The notes below the pieces were generated by a model. The model worked only from the letters and a program-made list of their open reading frames with translations, was not told the origin of the DNA and searched no databases. Source: Eledone cirrhosa (Eukaryota). From it: a stretch of 64,000 bases of DNA. The first letter of the stretch is position 1. Each line of letters starts with the position of its first letter. Positions 14,406 through 26,190 of this stretch are shown in pieces. The translations under genes were made by a program, and so were the position numbers. The stretch covers positions 5,394,001 to 5,458,000 of the forward strand of contig OZ024740.1 of assembly GCA_964016885.1 (NCBI GenBank), given 5' to 3'.

Positions 14406-14472
<67 letters not shown>

Positions 14473-14702
14473 CCAATATCAGACATCAATCTTAATTTTT
14501 TTATATATATATATATACACACACATATATACATATATATACATATATATACATATACATATACATATATATATATAAATATAAGTATGTATACGTACAT
14601 ATATGTATACAGACGTACAGTAGTATGTATATATATATACATACATGCACATATATATATATGTACGTATGGATTCACAGAACATTTATTATAATGTTCG
14701 GT

Positions 14703-15068
14703 GTGTTTGTAAACAAACATCCCGAATTAAGCCGTACAGTGTGTAGCAACCATCGTTGCTCTTTTGTTCAACACTGACAAAGGAACGATGTACTAGTTTC
14801 AAGCTTATTAGCTATCGTCAGCAACGTATACCTTCCTGCCAGATGATTGAACATCTGAAAGTATATACTTTCCTTATGCATATTAAGGGCTGAGCAGCCT
14901 AATTTGCATATCGAGTGAGTTAATCGGCCGGGCGCACCGAAAACGATAAACGGAAAAAATGAAACGAAATTTCATTTCTCACTCTTAGTACGGCTGTTAC
15001 TTACATATAAGTATGTAACAGCCGTACTAACAGTGAGAAATGAAATTTCGTTTCATTTTTTCCGTTTA
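14703..15068 (-). mobile_element. Short hammerhead element with terminal partial palindrome
   Basis: Inverted arms ~14947-15005/15012-15068, hammerhead at 14785-14827, and a gcctaatttgcata motif shared with the 21000-21340 element; flanked by TA-rich runs. Confidence 0.75.
14785..14827 (-). ncRNA. Minimal hammerhead ribozyme
   Basis: acgttg CTGACGA t-agct-aata-agct-t GAAA ctag TA catcgt; palindromic stem III (ACTAGT), GUA triplet. Confidence 0.8.
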
Positions 15069-15099
15069 TATATATATATATACATATATAGTAATAATA

Positions 15100-17333
15100 A
15101 TAAATTTGAAGACTAAAATCCAAAGAGGACTCGATAAGGATAAATATATATCTGGGTTTAAAATCACCTCTGATCTCAACACCCTGGACCGGACTGAACC
15201 TCTGGACCCTATTTCTCCCCACTTTACCCTGAAGGATCACAAATCCAATTTTCCGAACAACCTTTCTATTCGGCTTATTAACCCTTCAAAGTCTAATTTA
15301 GGTAGACTTAGTAAAACGATTCTTGATAGAATAATACCTGAAATTAGAAGTTTGGCCTCTCTTGCACTGTGAAACAATTCTTTCGCGGTGATTGATTGGT
15401 TCAACGGCATACGCAACAAGGAACATTGCCGTTTTATCCAATTCGACATCAATAATTACTACTCCTCCATCACTTTACCACTTCTCCTTAGAGCTATCAA
15501 TTTCGCTAAAACACTCACAGTGGTTAAGAATTTCGAAGTTGATGTCATCCTCAATGCCCGTAAGTCGGTGATTAATTTCGACGACTCTATTTGGATTAAA
15601 AAATCTAATAGTACCCCATTCGATGTGAGTATGGGCGCCAGCGATTCTTCGGAGGTTACTGATCTTATCGGTCTTTTCTGTCTTTTCTCTATCAAGGAAG
15701 AATTCCCCAACGTGGGCGGTGGTTTGTACCGTGATGATGGTCTTTTGACCATGACTAAGTGCGGCCCACGTGCTTGCGACAGGTTCAGAAAAGAACTCAC
15801 AGCCTTCTTTAAAGGCTTCAACCTCTCCATACAGGTTGAGGCCAACCTCTTGGCCGTTAATTACCGCGACGTTACTCTCAATTTATCGAATGGCTTGCAT
15901 TACCCGTATAGAAAGCCGAATGATACCAAGAACCTGGTAAAAAACGTTTCTTTGAGGCTTTCCCGTCTATCTACTAACGAGCATATTTTCAACGACCATT
16001 CCACATATTACAATGAAGCTCTTGCTCGGAGTGGATTTGTCGATAAGATAGCATATACAGAGTACGAGAATAGACCTAGAAGAAATAGATCCCAACGCAT
16101 TATATTTGACAGTATCGGTAGAGGGTCGGACATACTTTCCAGCATAGTTACGCCCCTTTACGATCTGAGTTCAAATCCGGCTGAGGCTAACTTTGCCTTT
16201 CATCCTTACGGGGTCAATAAAATAAAGTACCAGTAATGTACTGATTAATTGCTGGCCTTGTGCCTAAAATAGAAAAGAAATGATATGGTATAACCCACCA
16301 TATAATATGGAGGTGGCCACACCATTAGCTAAGATCTTTCTCTCCCTTATTGTGAAGCATTTTCCCCCTACACATAAATATAGTAACATTTTTAATAGAA
16401 ATACTATTAAAATTTCTTACTCTACGACTCCTAACCTTGCACATAACATCACAGCTTCAAATTTAGCTAAACTACCTAGCCGTAGGAACACGTGCAACCC
16501 TGTAGTTAGTATAACTGTGATTGTAGGAATCGGGTTGACTGCCCCCTATCCGGGAAATGCCTCTCTAGTAACATTGTCTACAGATGTAAGGTTGAAACAC
16601 CCACGTCCCGTAGGGTCTACATAGGGTTAACCACCAATAGATTCAAGCAGCGTCTTTACATGCATACCCATTCTTTTCGTTACCCTTTAAGAAGGAATAT
16701 GACATCACTTTCAGCTTATATCTGGAGTCTAAAAGACAACCACACTCAATATAAGTTACACTGGGAGATCCTAGCAAGGGCTAGATCGTATAACGGAAAT
16801 AAAAGACCATGTGACCTCTGTGCCGCTGAGGCCCTGGAAATACTCTACGCCAAAGACCACATCTTAAACAAAATATCTGAGGCAATTTCGGCTTGTAAAC
16901 AGAAATTGCACAAAACTTTCCTGTATTACAACTCCACATTATACTCTAACGGATAGTGCGAACTATACGCGGATATTTTACGTCTTGATGTGGTAGCTAA
17001 GTATATGTTATGTTTATACCATTACTTATTTGTATAGGTAAGTATATATTACCTGTATGTTTTGTGAAGGTACGTATACTTTCTCGTACGTATATTTGAT
17101 TGTATATGTTATGGCGTATATATTATATATTCTGGTACATATGCTTTTGGTTATGTGTATACGTGAGTTTTGCATCTGTGTGAGTATGCAGGTTCGTACG
17201 TATGTAGGGTGTCTGTATATGTGTACTTCATGTTTTGGTTGACCTTCGTCTCCGAACATATGTGTATTTACATGTAGGTATGTGTGTGCGCTTGTTATAT
17301 ACGTATTTATTTATTTATATACGTTTATTTAAT
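15100..17333 (+). mobile_element. Penelope-like element (RT + GIY-YIG), disrupted
   Basis: TLKDHK...[37 protein letters not shown], then in a shifted frame CNCRNRVDCPLSGKCLSSNIVY...YIGLT...FKQR...CDLCAAE...ILNK. Contains a stop, a frameshift and a SINE insertion. Confidence 0.93.
16105..16275 (+). mobile_element. tRNA-derived SINE (family B) inserted between RT and GIY-YIG
   Basis: tgacagtatcggtagag (A-box-like) ... gagttcaaatcc (B box) ... ctttgcctttcatccttacggggtc...aaagtaccagt; the same family recurs at 24285-25937 and 41790. Confidence 0.85.
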
Positions 17334-17334
17334 T

Positions 17335-17580
17335 GTTTGCACACAACACACAAAACACAAAAACAAGATGGTGTAGGACAGAACAAAGGAGAGACACAAA
17401 ATAAAAACCCAGTCACTAAGGAGGCCATAGAATGTGTGACGAAAGAGCTTTGACAATATATAAACAACCATCTAGTTATTGAACCAGCCAACCAAATGGA
17501 GATTTATAATAAATTGAAGTGAAAACCAACAGATGCATGTATTTTTATTGGCAACATGACCCTCCCAAAGTATAACAATA
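17335..17580 (+). mobile_element. pLTR fragment related to the 1248/7297 family
   Basis: Ends atgaccctcccaaagtataacaata-(TA), the reverse complement of 7295-7318; decayed core CTAAGGA...gacGAAAgagctttga. Confidence 0.5.
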
Positions 17581-17628
17581 TATATATAAATATATATATA
17601 TTTAAATGCATTCATGAGTTTCATATTG

Positions 17629-17660
17629 AACTAGCAGTGTATCCCGGCGTTGCACAGGTA
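17629..17660 (-). mobile_element. Possible Helitron 3' end
   Basis: Minus strand cctgtgcaacgccgggatacactgCTAG|T: GC hairpin followed by CTAG before a T. Confidence 0.4.
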
Positions 17661-17721
17661 AGAACATTGGTAATAGCACCTCTAATGAGAAACGTTTATT
17701 TGTGAGTGTTAAAAACTCACG

Positions 17722-17955
17722 AACTGGACATGCTGACCGACATCCAGAGTTGACACTTCACTCAGTGCTCCTGTGGGAGCCCCTACATGGAGACACTGGA
17801 AGAGGAAGACCGAAGTTAACATATGTTGATGCCCTAAGGACAGACTCTGGTCTGTTGGAGACGCAGGACATGGCAGCGATAATGAGGGACAGAGACCGCT
17901 GGAGAAAACTTGTCCATGGATCTCGGGAATTTTACCCGCCCTAGATAGATAGATA
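17722..17955 (+). mobile_element. LINE 3' end (RTE-like C-terminus) with (TAGA)n tail
   Basis: GH...LLWEP.HG...RGRPKLTYVD.L...DRDRWR; the last ~50 bp recur at 20297-20346. Confidence 0.75.
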
Positions 17956-17977
17956 TATTTTTATGTGTATATTTATA

Positions 17978-19440
17978 TGGTGAACGTCAGCCTCGATGCT
18001 GCGAGCTTTGTAGCCTCCGTCTTGGACGTGCGGTCCATTCTCCGCCAGGTTCAGGTGACCCCCAAAGAGGATGTCCTCATCCTCGGGTCACCGATCCATC
18101 CGCTGGCCATACGCTCCACCATCAGGTCCAGGCTTCAGCAGCTCCAGACTCTCACGAGCCGACTGGGCTTGATTGACGGCCACCCAGCTCTCTTTCTGCT
18201 GAGGAACTGCTTCACCATGCCGAAGCTCCTCTATACACTCCGCAGCGCTCCATGCTACACCCAGACATCTCTCCTCGCTGACCTCGATACTTGTATCCGA
18301 GCAACAGCCGAGGTGATATGCAATGTCAAGTTTGACGACATAGGGTGGCAACAGGCTACTTTAACGGTCAGGTATCGCGGCCTTGGCCTCCGGTCCCTGA
18401 TCTCACTAGCTTTGCCGGCGTATCTTTCGTCGGTAACCTCGTGCCGCGTCTTCGCCAGCAGGGTTCTTCAATACACAACAGAACCCTCTGTGTTCAGAGA
18501 ACATGAGGCCGCCTGTGAGACGTGGGACAGGCTGGGACTTAGCCCAGTCGACGTCCCTCCTCCTTCTCCCCCTGTTGACGTCAAGTCCCCCAACGCACTT
18601 GGGATGCCATCCAGTGCAGCCTGGCCTCAGACAGGCTCACGCGCCAGCTCGACCAGCACCGCCTTGCTTGTTTTTGTGCGGCCTCCAAACCCCACCGTGG
18701 TGCCTGGCTCCATGCCCTGCCCACCTTCTCCACTGGCACGCAGCTAGACAACCATAGCCTGTGAATCGGCGTTTCCCTGAGGCTCGGCCTCCGGATCTGC
18801 CAGCCACACCAATGTTGCTGCAGTTCCACCGTGGACTCTTTAGGCCTCCTCCTGCTTTCCTATCGCCACAGTGCCGGCCGCATTCCACGTCATGTTGCCC
18901 TCAACGAGGTCATTAAGCATGTCTTGGACGCTGCAGCCTTCCCTTCCCAGCTCGAGCCGGTGGGGCTGGATCGAGGGGACGGCAAAAGGCCAGATGGCAT
19001 GACCATCTTCCCGTTCCGCGGTGGCAAACCCCTAGTCTGGGATGCCACTTGCACCGACACTTTCTGCAGCCGCAACCTGGTGCAGTCTGCGACTGACCCA
19101 GGTTCTGCTGCACGTCTGGCTGAGGGGGCCAAACTCCTCAAATACCGATCGCTCTCCAACAGGCTTGCGGTCGTTCCCCTGGCAGTGGAGATTTCTGGTA
19201 TTCTCGGCCCCAGCGCTACCTCCTTACTCCCCACCATAGGCTCTGAGTTGACCAGCCGCAGGTGTGAGCCCCATGAGTTGGAGTGACTTTTCCAGCGCGT
19301 CTCCCTTGCCGTCCCCCGGGGAAACGCCTTCTCCATTCTGTCCGCCGGGGCTGTGGGTGGGCCCCATCGCGTACCAATACATTAGTTAAATACCATTCTT
19401 TCATCTGATATATCTCTAAATTATATTTTGTACAATAATA
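17978..19440 (+). mobile_element. CRE-like non-LTR retrotransposon fragment (RT thumb + restriction-like endonuclease)
   Basis: LLRNCF.MPKLLYTLR, QATL...GLGLR, then RH..LN...EP.GL...DGKRPDG.T..P...GK.LVWDATC...AE..K..KY...PLAVE..G. GC-rich and frameshifted. Confidence 0.85.
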
Positions 19441-19559
19441 GATTACAGTTCATGTGTATATATATATATATATGTGCATATGTGTTTGTATATGTATGTA
19501 TATCTATACATACATATAAAAGTGAAATTGTCTCTGTGTGTGTGTCCTCCTTTTTTCAC

Positions 19560-20130
19560 CGTCAAGGAAGCACCAGAGATGTCGCAGCCTCAGCGTGTGT
19601 TTGCGCATCATCAGCCATGCGTGACCAGCCCTCCACGCAACAGGTGTTGACAGCAGTGGATCGTCTGACAATGGGAGCACGTCCCTTCCATAAAAAGCGG
19701 AAGAGGAGGCGCTCCATTTTTGTCAGAGTTGGGCCGGGGCAAGGCACAATGGTTAGGCGGTAGCAGATGACGGATGCGATGAATGCATTCGCCACCTCTT
19801 CCCAACCTTTCAGGGACAGCTTCCTCTCGGCTCATTTCTGGGTGAGAGAGGCCACCCTGTTCGTCACCTCGCTCCAGTTTTTCTCCATCTGGAGGCCCGG
19901 ACCGAACCAGACCCTGAGCAATTTAACCGGTCCTTCCATTCAGGACCCCACAACGCTGTCGGGCGGCATGGACTTGCCTCTGCAGGTACCGAGCTGCAAG
20001 CCTACTGACTTTTCCTGGTTTAACTTTGCTCCTGTCACTGCTTCATATTCCTTGAGAGCAGTGCCGAGCATTTGGACATTTCCGGCGCTTGACCGGGCCG
20101 CTCTGATTATGCGCCTGTAGACTGAGGAGT
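19560..20130 (-). mobile_element. Tx1/L1-clade LINE reverse transcriptase C-terminal fragment
   Basis: Minus-strand translation KVNQEKS...KW.ERKLSLKG...ANAFIASVICYRL...ERLLFRFLWKG matches the post-RT region of L1/Tx1 elements. Confidence 0.75.
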
Positions 20131-20447
20131 GTAAAATTGAGAGAAGGCGCTTGCCCTGGTGGTTAGGGTGGCCATGGTCTTTTGTGTGGTTTTCACCACG
20201 AGTGATCCTCGGAAGTTTGCTCCCTATTGCGGAATTTTTGAATTTTTTGATATTTCTATCTTCTTGTTATAACCTTTTTTACACGGCCAAAACCCACGCT
20301 GGAGAGAACTCGTCCATGGATCTCGGGAATTTTACCCGCCCTAGATGTGTATATTTATGTGTATATTTATATATAAGTATATGTGTATATATATATATAT
20401 GTGTATATGTGTTTATATATGTATGTATATGTGTATATATGTGTGTG

Positions 20448-20735
20448 TCATCATCATCAACATCATTTTCGTTTAACGTCTATCTTCCACGCTAGCATGG
20501 GTTAGACGGGAGTTGTCCCACTTGAGACAAGGTTGGTCGGGTGACCGTGTCTCGCTCATATAGGACTATCTGGCAGGTTTTCTACGGCTGGATACCCTTC
20601 CTAACACCAACCACATTTACAGTGTGGAACTGAGGACTTTTTACCGTGTTATCTACACGGCCACATTACAGCGTGGACTGTGTGTTTTTTTGTCGTGACA
20701 CCTACACGATCTCGATCTCATTATCTCATTTATTT
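20448..20735 (-). mobile_element. SINE A / RTE 3' tail fragment
   Basis: (cat)n, cttccacgctagcatgggttagacgg, ggatacccttcctaacaccaacc, plus two 48-bp-type internal units. Confidence 0.8.
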
Positions 20736-20903
20736 GGACTGGATGTTGTGGTACCAACTTTATAGAGAGAGGGTTGTGTTGGTGGGAGTGGGAGGATAGG
20801 GTAGGGGTAGTGGTTTGGGGTGTATATTTTGTTAAGAGGTGCCTATTGACTGTAAGTTTCGCTTTGTACATAGGCAAGGCGGGTCTGTGTATATATGTGT
20901 ATA

Positions 20904-20934
<31 letters not shown>

Positions 20935-21100
20935 GCATATGTATATATATATATATGTATATGTCTATATATATATGTATATTCACATGGGCCATTCTCG
21001 CAACAATCACCCACCTTTTACTATTCGATTTGTTTGCCTCATAACCCCATGTGTTTTAGTTGACTACATCATCTTTTTGTTCTAGTGGTAGCATAGAGGA

Positions 21101-21145
21101 ACAATCAACAATTGTTTCAGGGTTATTGCCCCTTGTCAAGATTGT
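21101..21145 (-). ncRNA. Minimal hammerhead ribozyme, U3:A8 core variant
   Basis: acaatc TTGACAA g-ggg-caataa-ccc-t GAAA caattg TT gattgt: perfect 6-bp stem I and palindromic stem III. Confidence 0.8.
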
Positions 21146-21879
21146 GTATCTCTCTCCTGTCACTCACCAGAACACTTGAAGATATATACTACTGTCTAAT
21201 CGTCTAATGTATACATCGGCTGCCTAGCCTAATTTGCATACTGAGCTATTTATTTTGTACAGCTGGCTATGCTGACTAGCCTAATTTGCATACTGAGCTA
21301 TTTTACAGCTGGCTATGCTGATAAATAAAAAAACAAAATGTGTCTACTTTAGCGATTACTATATATTCTGAAGAGTTCTAGTGTGTAAGGTATAATAACT
21401 ACTGTTATTGAAGTTTTATCATCAGGAGGCGAATTCTTCATTGTTTTGAGCTGATTTAGACTTTTTTTGGCTGTTATTTCTAGCGTCGATATATATATTG
21501 TCGTGATAAAATAGAAAATGTTCATACAGTATTTTAAAGTTGCGTTATGCTGCTGTACCAAGTGGTTTATAAGCGGTATGATTATATGTTATATTCATAC
21601 GGCAATTCAATACAACACCTCGTTCACATATATGATCTAGAAGTGAACTGGTATGTATGAACATTTGGCCCCTATTCTTATGAAGAATTCGCTTTCTGAT
21701 GAAAAAACTTCAATTCCTCCAGCATTGGTTATTCCAATGTCTTTAAATTCCTGATGGTGTGTCTGAGTCTTTGAAACCATGATTGTGGCATTATATAAGT
21801 TAACATTGGCTTCTTTTAGTCAAGTTGACTTATATCACCCCAAAAATGGGATTTGGGCTTGAATTTAATATATATATAT

Positions 21880-21945
21880 AGGAAAAGAGTGAGGACCCCA
21901 ATGGCTGAGCTCCGGCTGTTTCGACAGCTAGATCTGAACTTTCAG
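21880..21945 (-). mobile_element. Partial copy of the 47045 hammerhead family (3' half only)
   Basis: Minus strand tagctgtcGAAAcagccggagctcagccaTTggggtc resembles 47103-47139; abuts (TA)n. Confidence 0.55.
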
Positions 21946-22874
21946 CTCCACCAGCAATGACCATAGCAATATTTATTTGTGCCCTCAGCTGGGCTTTTTA
22001 GTTTTAGAATTTTTGAATTTAATACCTGTATGTATAACTTTTCAATACCAATTACTTGTGCCAAACTAACTTTGATATGTAAAATTAAGAGGTGCATGTG
22101 CTGTGTATTGTACATTTTTGTGTATGAGGGTCCCCACAAACCTGAAGCCCCCCCCCACACCACCACGGTCTAAATCTAACTCTGTTCAGAGGTCCTTTTA
22201 TTGGGGTAATATAATAATTGAAAATCTCTCCAGTGCTTGTGCCATGAAAATGCACCTAGTACACCCTGTGAGGTGATTGGTAACAAAAAGAACTCACTAA
22301 AGAAAACATGCCATAAAAGGGTCGAGGGTTGACAGGACCCATTAGTTGTGTCAACTGCATGACAGCATCTCTAGTGTTGCATCCAGTACTCTCAGTAATT
22401 TGGTTGATGATTGGAAGAGCATCCAGTCATAGAAAGGACTTTTGTGACAAACACTTGAGAGCATCAAAAGTGCTGATGTCATAATAAATGCACTCAGTAG
22501 CCTTCCTTGAGTTGCATATAAACCTGATAGAGGACTCTGGCCCCCAATCTCTAAGGTCAGTAAGACACAGGGTTGCATATAAATATAATAGAGGATTCTG
22601 GCCCCCAATCTCTGAAGTCAGTAAGACACAGGGTTACATGTAAACATGGTGCTGTTAGTGGTGGTGGTAGGTGGTGTTTTGTATTGTTTTAACAAAGGAC
22701 TTGTGGTCACTTTATATAGCTCTCTCAACATTTTGTTTGGTAGCCCTAGGTAGTGTTGGCTCTAGATGGTGGTGGTTGTGGGTGGTGGTGGTGCTGAGTG
22801 GTAGTGGTGGAAGGTGGTGTTTTCAATGGTAATATAGATCACTTTATATTGCTGTGGTGGCCCTAGATTTTGGT

Positions 22875-24003
22875 ATTAGGTGGTGGTGGTGTTGGGTGGT
22901 GGTGCTGGATGGGGGTGTTGGGTGGTGGTGTTGGGTGGTGGTGTTGGGTGGTGGTTTTGGGTGATGGTGTTGGGTGGTGGTGCTTGATGGGGGTCTTGGG
23001 TGGTGGTGTTGGGTGGTGGTGTTGGGTGGTGTTGGGTGGTGGTGTTGGGTGGTGGTGGTGCTGGATGGTGGTGTTGGGTGGTGGTGTTGGGTGGTGGTGG
23101 TGCTGGATGGTGGTGTTGGGTGGTGGTGTTGGGTGGTGGTGTTGGGTGGTGGTGTTGAGTGGTGGTGTTGGGTGGTGGTGTTGGGTGATGGTGTTGGGTG
23201 GTGGTGCTTGATGGGGGTGTTGGGTGGTGGTGTTGGGTGATGGTGTTGGGTGGTGTTGGGTGGTGGTGTTGGGTGGTGGTGGTGCTGGATGGTGGTGTTG
23301 GGTGGTGGTGTTGGGTGGTGTTGGGTGGTGGTGTTGGGTGGTGGTGGTGCTGGATGGTGGTGTTGGGTGGTGGTGTTGGGTGGTGTTGGGTGGTGGTGTT
23401 GGGTGGTGGTGGTGCTGGATGGTGGTGTTGGGTGGTGGTGTTGGGTGGTGGTGTTGGGTGGTGGTGTTGGGTGATGGTGTTGGGTGGTGATATTGGGTGG
23501 TGGTGGTGCTGGATGGTGTTGGATGGTGGTGTTGGGTGGTGATATTGGGTGGTGGTGGTGCTGGATGGTGTTGGGTGGTGGTGCTGGATGGGGGTGTTGG
23601 GTGGTGGTGTTGGGTGGTGGTGTTGGGTGGTGGTGTTGGGTGGTGGTGGTGCTGGATGGTGGTGTTGGGTGGTGGTGTTGGGTGATGGTGTTGGGTGGTG
23701 GTGTTGGGTGATGGTGTTGGGTGGTGGTGTTGGGTGGTGGTGTTGGGTGGTGGTGTTGGGTGGTAGTGTTGGGTGGTGGTGTTGGGTGGTGGTTTTGGGT
23801 GGTGGTGTTGGGTGGTGGTGTTGGGTCGTGGTGTTGGGTGGTAGTGTTGGGTGGAGGTGTTGGTTGGTGGTGTTGGGTGGTGTTGGGTGATGTTGGGTGA
23901 TGTTGGGTGGTAGTGTTGGGTGGAGGTGTTGGGTGGTGTTGGGTGATGTTGGGTGGTAGTGTTGGGTGGAGGGGTTGGGTGGAGGTGTTGGGTGGTGTTG
24001 GGT
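22875..24003. repeat. G-rich minisatellite, ~13-bp unit GTTGGGTGGTGGT
   Basis: Tandem degenerate units with regular GGG tracts. Confidence 0.95.
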
Positions 24004-24284
24004 AGGTTCTTGAACATTGGTTTTTGTTATTACACTACTCTGAGACACACAGATAGGTGCAGACACACATGCGTACCCCCCCCCCACTCACACACACAAT
24101 CTTTTGAAATGGCAACAATCAATAAGCAATAGGAATCAACATTGATCGTTTTGGAAATGGTTTTCTGCCAATGAAAAGCCAAATCAATCTGGGACAACAT
24201 ATCAATATATATAATCAATCATAAAATTGTAGGGAGTTTCTCATTGAAGTTTCATAAGTTCCAGCTAAACTGTTATTGTTATTG

Positions 24285-24740
24285 ATGGATTCGTAGAATC
24301 GGTAGAGCGTTGGACACCATGCTTTGCAGCATAGAGTTACGGCCCTTTATGTCCTGAGTTTAGATCCCGCCGAGGTTAGCTTTCTTTTTCATCCTTACAC
24401 GGTCGATAAAATCAAGTACCAGTAACAAACTGGGTCCAATTTAATTGACTTTCCCCCCTCCTCCAAAATTGCTGGCCTTGTGCCTAAATCAGAAACTATT
24501 ATTATTGTTATTAGGGTGGTGGATTGGCAGAATCGGTAGAGCATCGGAGAGTTGTTTAGCAGTATTTATTTTCAGGACTTTACTTTCTGAGTTCAACTCC
24601 TGTTGAGGTCAACTTAACCTTTCATCCTACAGAGGTCCAGTCAAGAACTGGGGTCGATATAATCCCCTTTCCTCTGCCAATGTTAGAAAGAATTATTATT
24701 ATTGGATTGACCATATTGGTAGAGCATCGAACTGCTTTAA
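24285..24740 (+). mobile_element. Head-to-tail SINE B copies separated by (TAT)n
   Basis: Repeated ggattggcagaatcggtagagc heads at ~24287, 24521 and 24703; B boxes and ctttcatcct cores in the first two. Confidence 0.75.
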
Positions 24741-24885
24741 TAACAACAACAATGATAATAATAAAAAAAAAAAATTAAAAAGTAATAATAGAATTAATAA
24801 GAACAACAATAGATGTTGGCAGAGGTTGTGAGAGTGGACCTTAAATACTGGCAGAGGAGATGACGAAGGAATTGGAGGGTTGACG

Positions 24886-25178
24886 TGCTGAGAAGGACCT
24901 CTCCATGCTGAGAAGGACCTGTCTGTGTTGAGAAGGACCTGTCTGTGCTGACCTCTCCATGCTGAGAAGGACCTGTCTGTGTTGAGAAGGACCTCTCCAT
25001 GCTGAGAAGGACCTGTCCATGCTGAGAAGGACCTCTCCATGCTGAGAAGGACCTGTCTGTGTTGAGAAGGACCTCTCCATGCTGAGAAGGACCTCTCCAT
25101 GCTGAGAAGGACCTGTCCATGCTGAGAAGGACCTCTCCATGCTGAGAAGGACCTGTCTGTGTTGAGAAGGACCTCTCT
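24886..25178. repeat. Minisatellite of 20/22-bp units (GCTGAGAAGGACCTCTCCAT) running into an RTE/SINE tail
   Basis: Tandem units followed by taacccatgcaagaatggaaaagtggatgtaaaaac-(gat). Confidence 0.9.
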
Positions 25179-25411
25179 AACCCATGCAAGAATGGAAAAG
25201 TGGATGTAAAAACAATGATGGTGATAGCATGGAATGAAAGAGACAAGTCACAAGGGAGTAGATGATGGCACTTCACTTAATTTTCAATGTTAAAATGATA
25301 ATTGTGTATTAATTATTGACATAACATTATCAATGAACTGTATAATATATTGTGTAGATGTCGAGAGCTGAAGAGCTGGAGAATTGAACTTAGTTCATCA
25401 TCATCATTGTC

Positions 25412-25713
25412 TTGGCAGTATCGGTAGAGGGTCGGACGCCATGCTTTGATGCATAGAGTCATTCTGAGTTCAAATCCCGCCAAAGTTAACTTTGCTTTCA
25501 TCCTTACGGGGTTGATAAAATAAAGTACCAGTAATGCACTGGGTAATTGCTGGCCTTGTGCCAAAAGTAGAAACAATTATTATCATCATCACCACCACCA
25601 CTACCATCCTCATCATCATTATTGATATCATCATTGTCATCATCATCATTGTCACCACCACCATCACCCTCATCATCATCATCATCATCACCATCCTCAC
25701 CCTCACCACCACT

Positions 25714-25751
<38 letters not shown>

Positions 25752-25937
25752 GGTGGATTGGCAGTATCAGTAGAGGGTTGGACGCCATGCTTTCCACCAT
25801 ATTTACGTCCCTTTACGATCTGAGTTCAAATCCCGCCGAGGTTGACTTTGCCTTTCATCCTTACGGGGTCGATAAAATAAAGTACCAGTAATGCACTGGG
25901 TAATTGCTGGCCTTGTGCCAAACGTAGAAACAATTAT
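25412..25937 (+). mobile_element. Two SINE B copies separated by a (CAT/CAC)n microsatellite (25583-25750)
   Basis: Copies at 25412-25577 and 25751-25937 with A/B boxes and the ttgcctttcatccttacggggt core. Confidence 0.85.
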
Positions 25938-25949
25938 TATCATTGTCAA

Positions 25950-26190
25950 ATATTGAGAAAGCCACCATATTCTGGGATATGTCACTACACACAGACAGGG
26001 AGCTCAAAGCTAACCAATTTAATATTATAGTCGAAGACTACAAAGAAAATAATGGTTTCCTAATTGATGTATCAACCCCCACAGATGACAGTATATCTAC
26101 CAAGGAAATGGAGAAATTATCTAAATATAAAGATCTAGAGTTAGAAATAACTGAAATGTGAATTATGAAAACAGAAACAATACCTATAGT
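25950..26190 (+). mobile_element. R4/Dong-clade LINE restriction-like endonuclease fragment
   Basis: IFWDM...TDR...AN..NIIV.D.K....LIDVS.P.D..I..KE.EK..KYKDL..EI..M*...IPIV. Confidence 0.8.

Noticed and set aside
17629-19550. A single Helitron capturing the intervening LINE fragments
   Set aside because: The putative 3' end (minus strand) and 5' end (plus strand) have incompatible orientations.
21690-21795. CTGATGA and CTGATGG...GAAA motifs
   Set aside because: No supporting stem I or stem II pairing found.
22863-24087. Telomeric repeat or Pro/His-rich gene
   Set aside because: The unit is not TTAGGG and the ORFs are low-complexity artefacts.
25470-25891. Poly-Met/Asp/Ser/Ile ORFs
   Set aside because: Translations of a (CAT)n microsatellite plus SINE.
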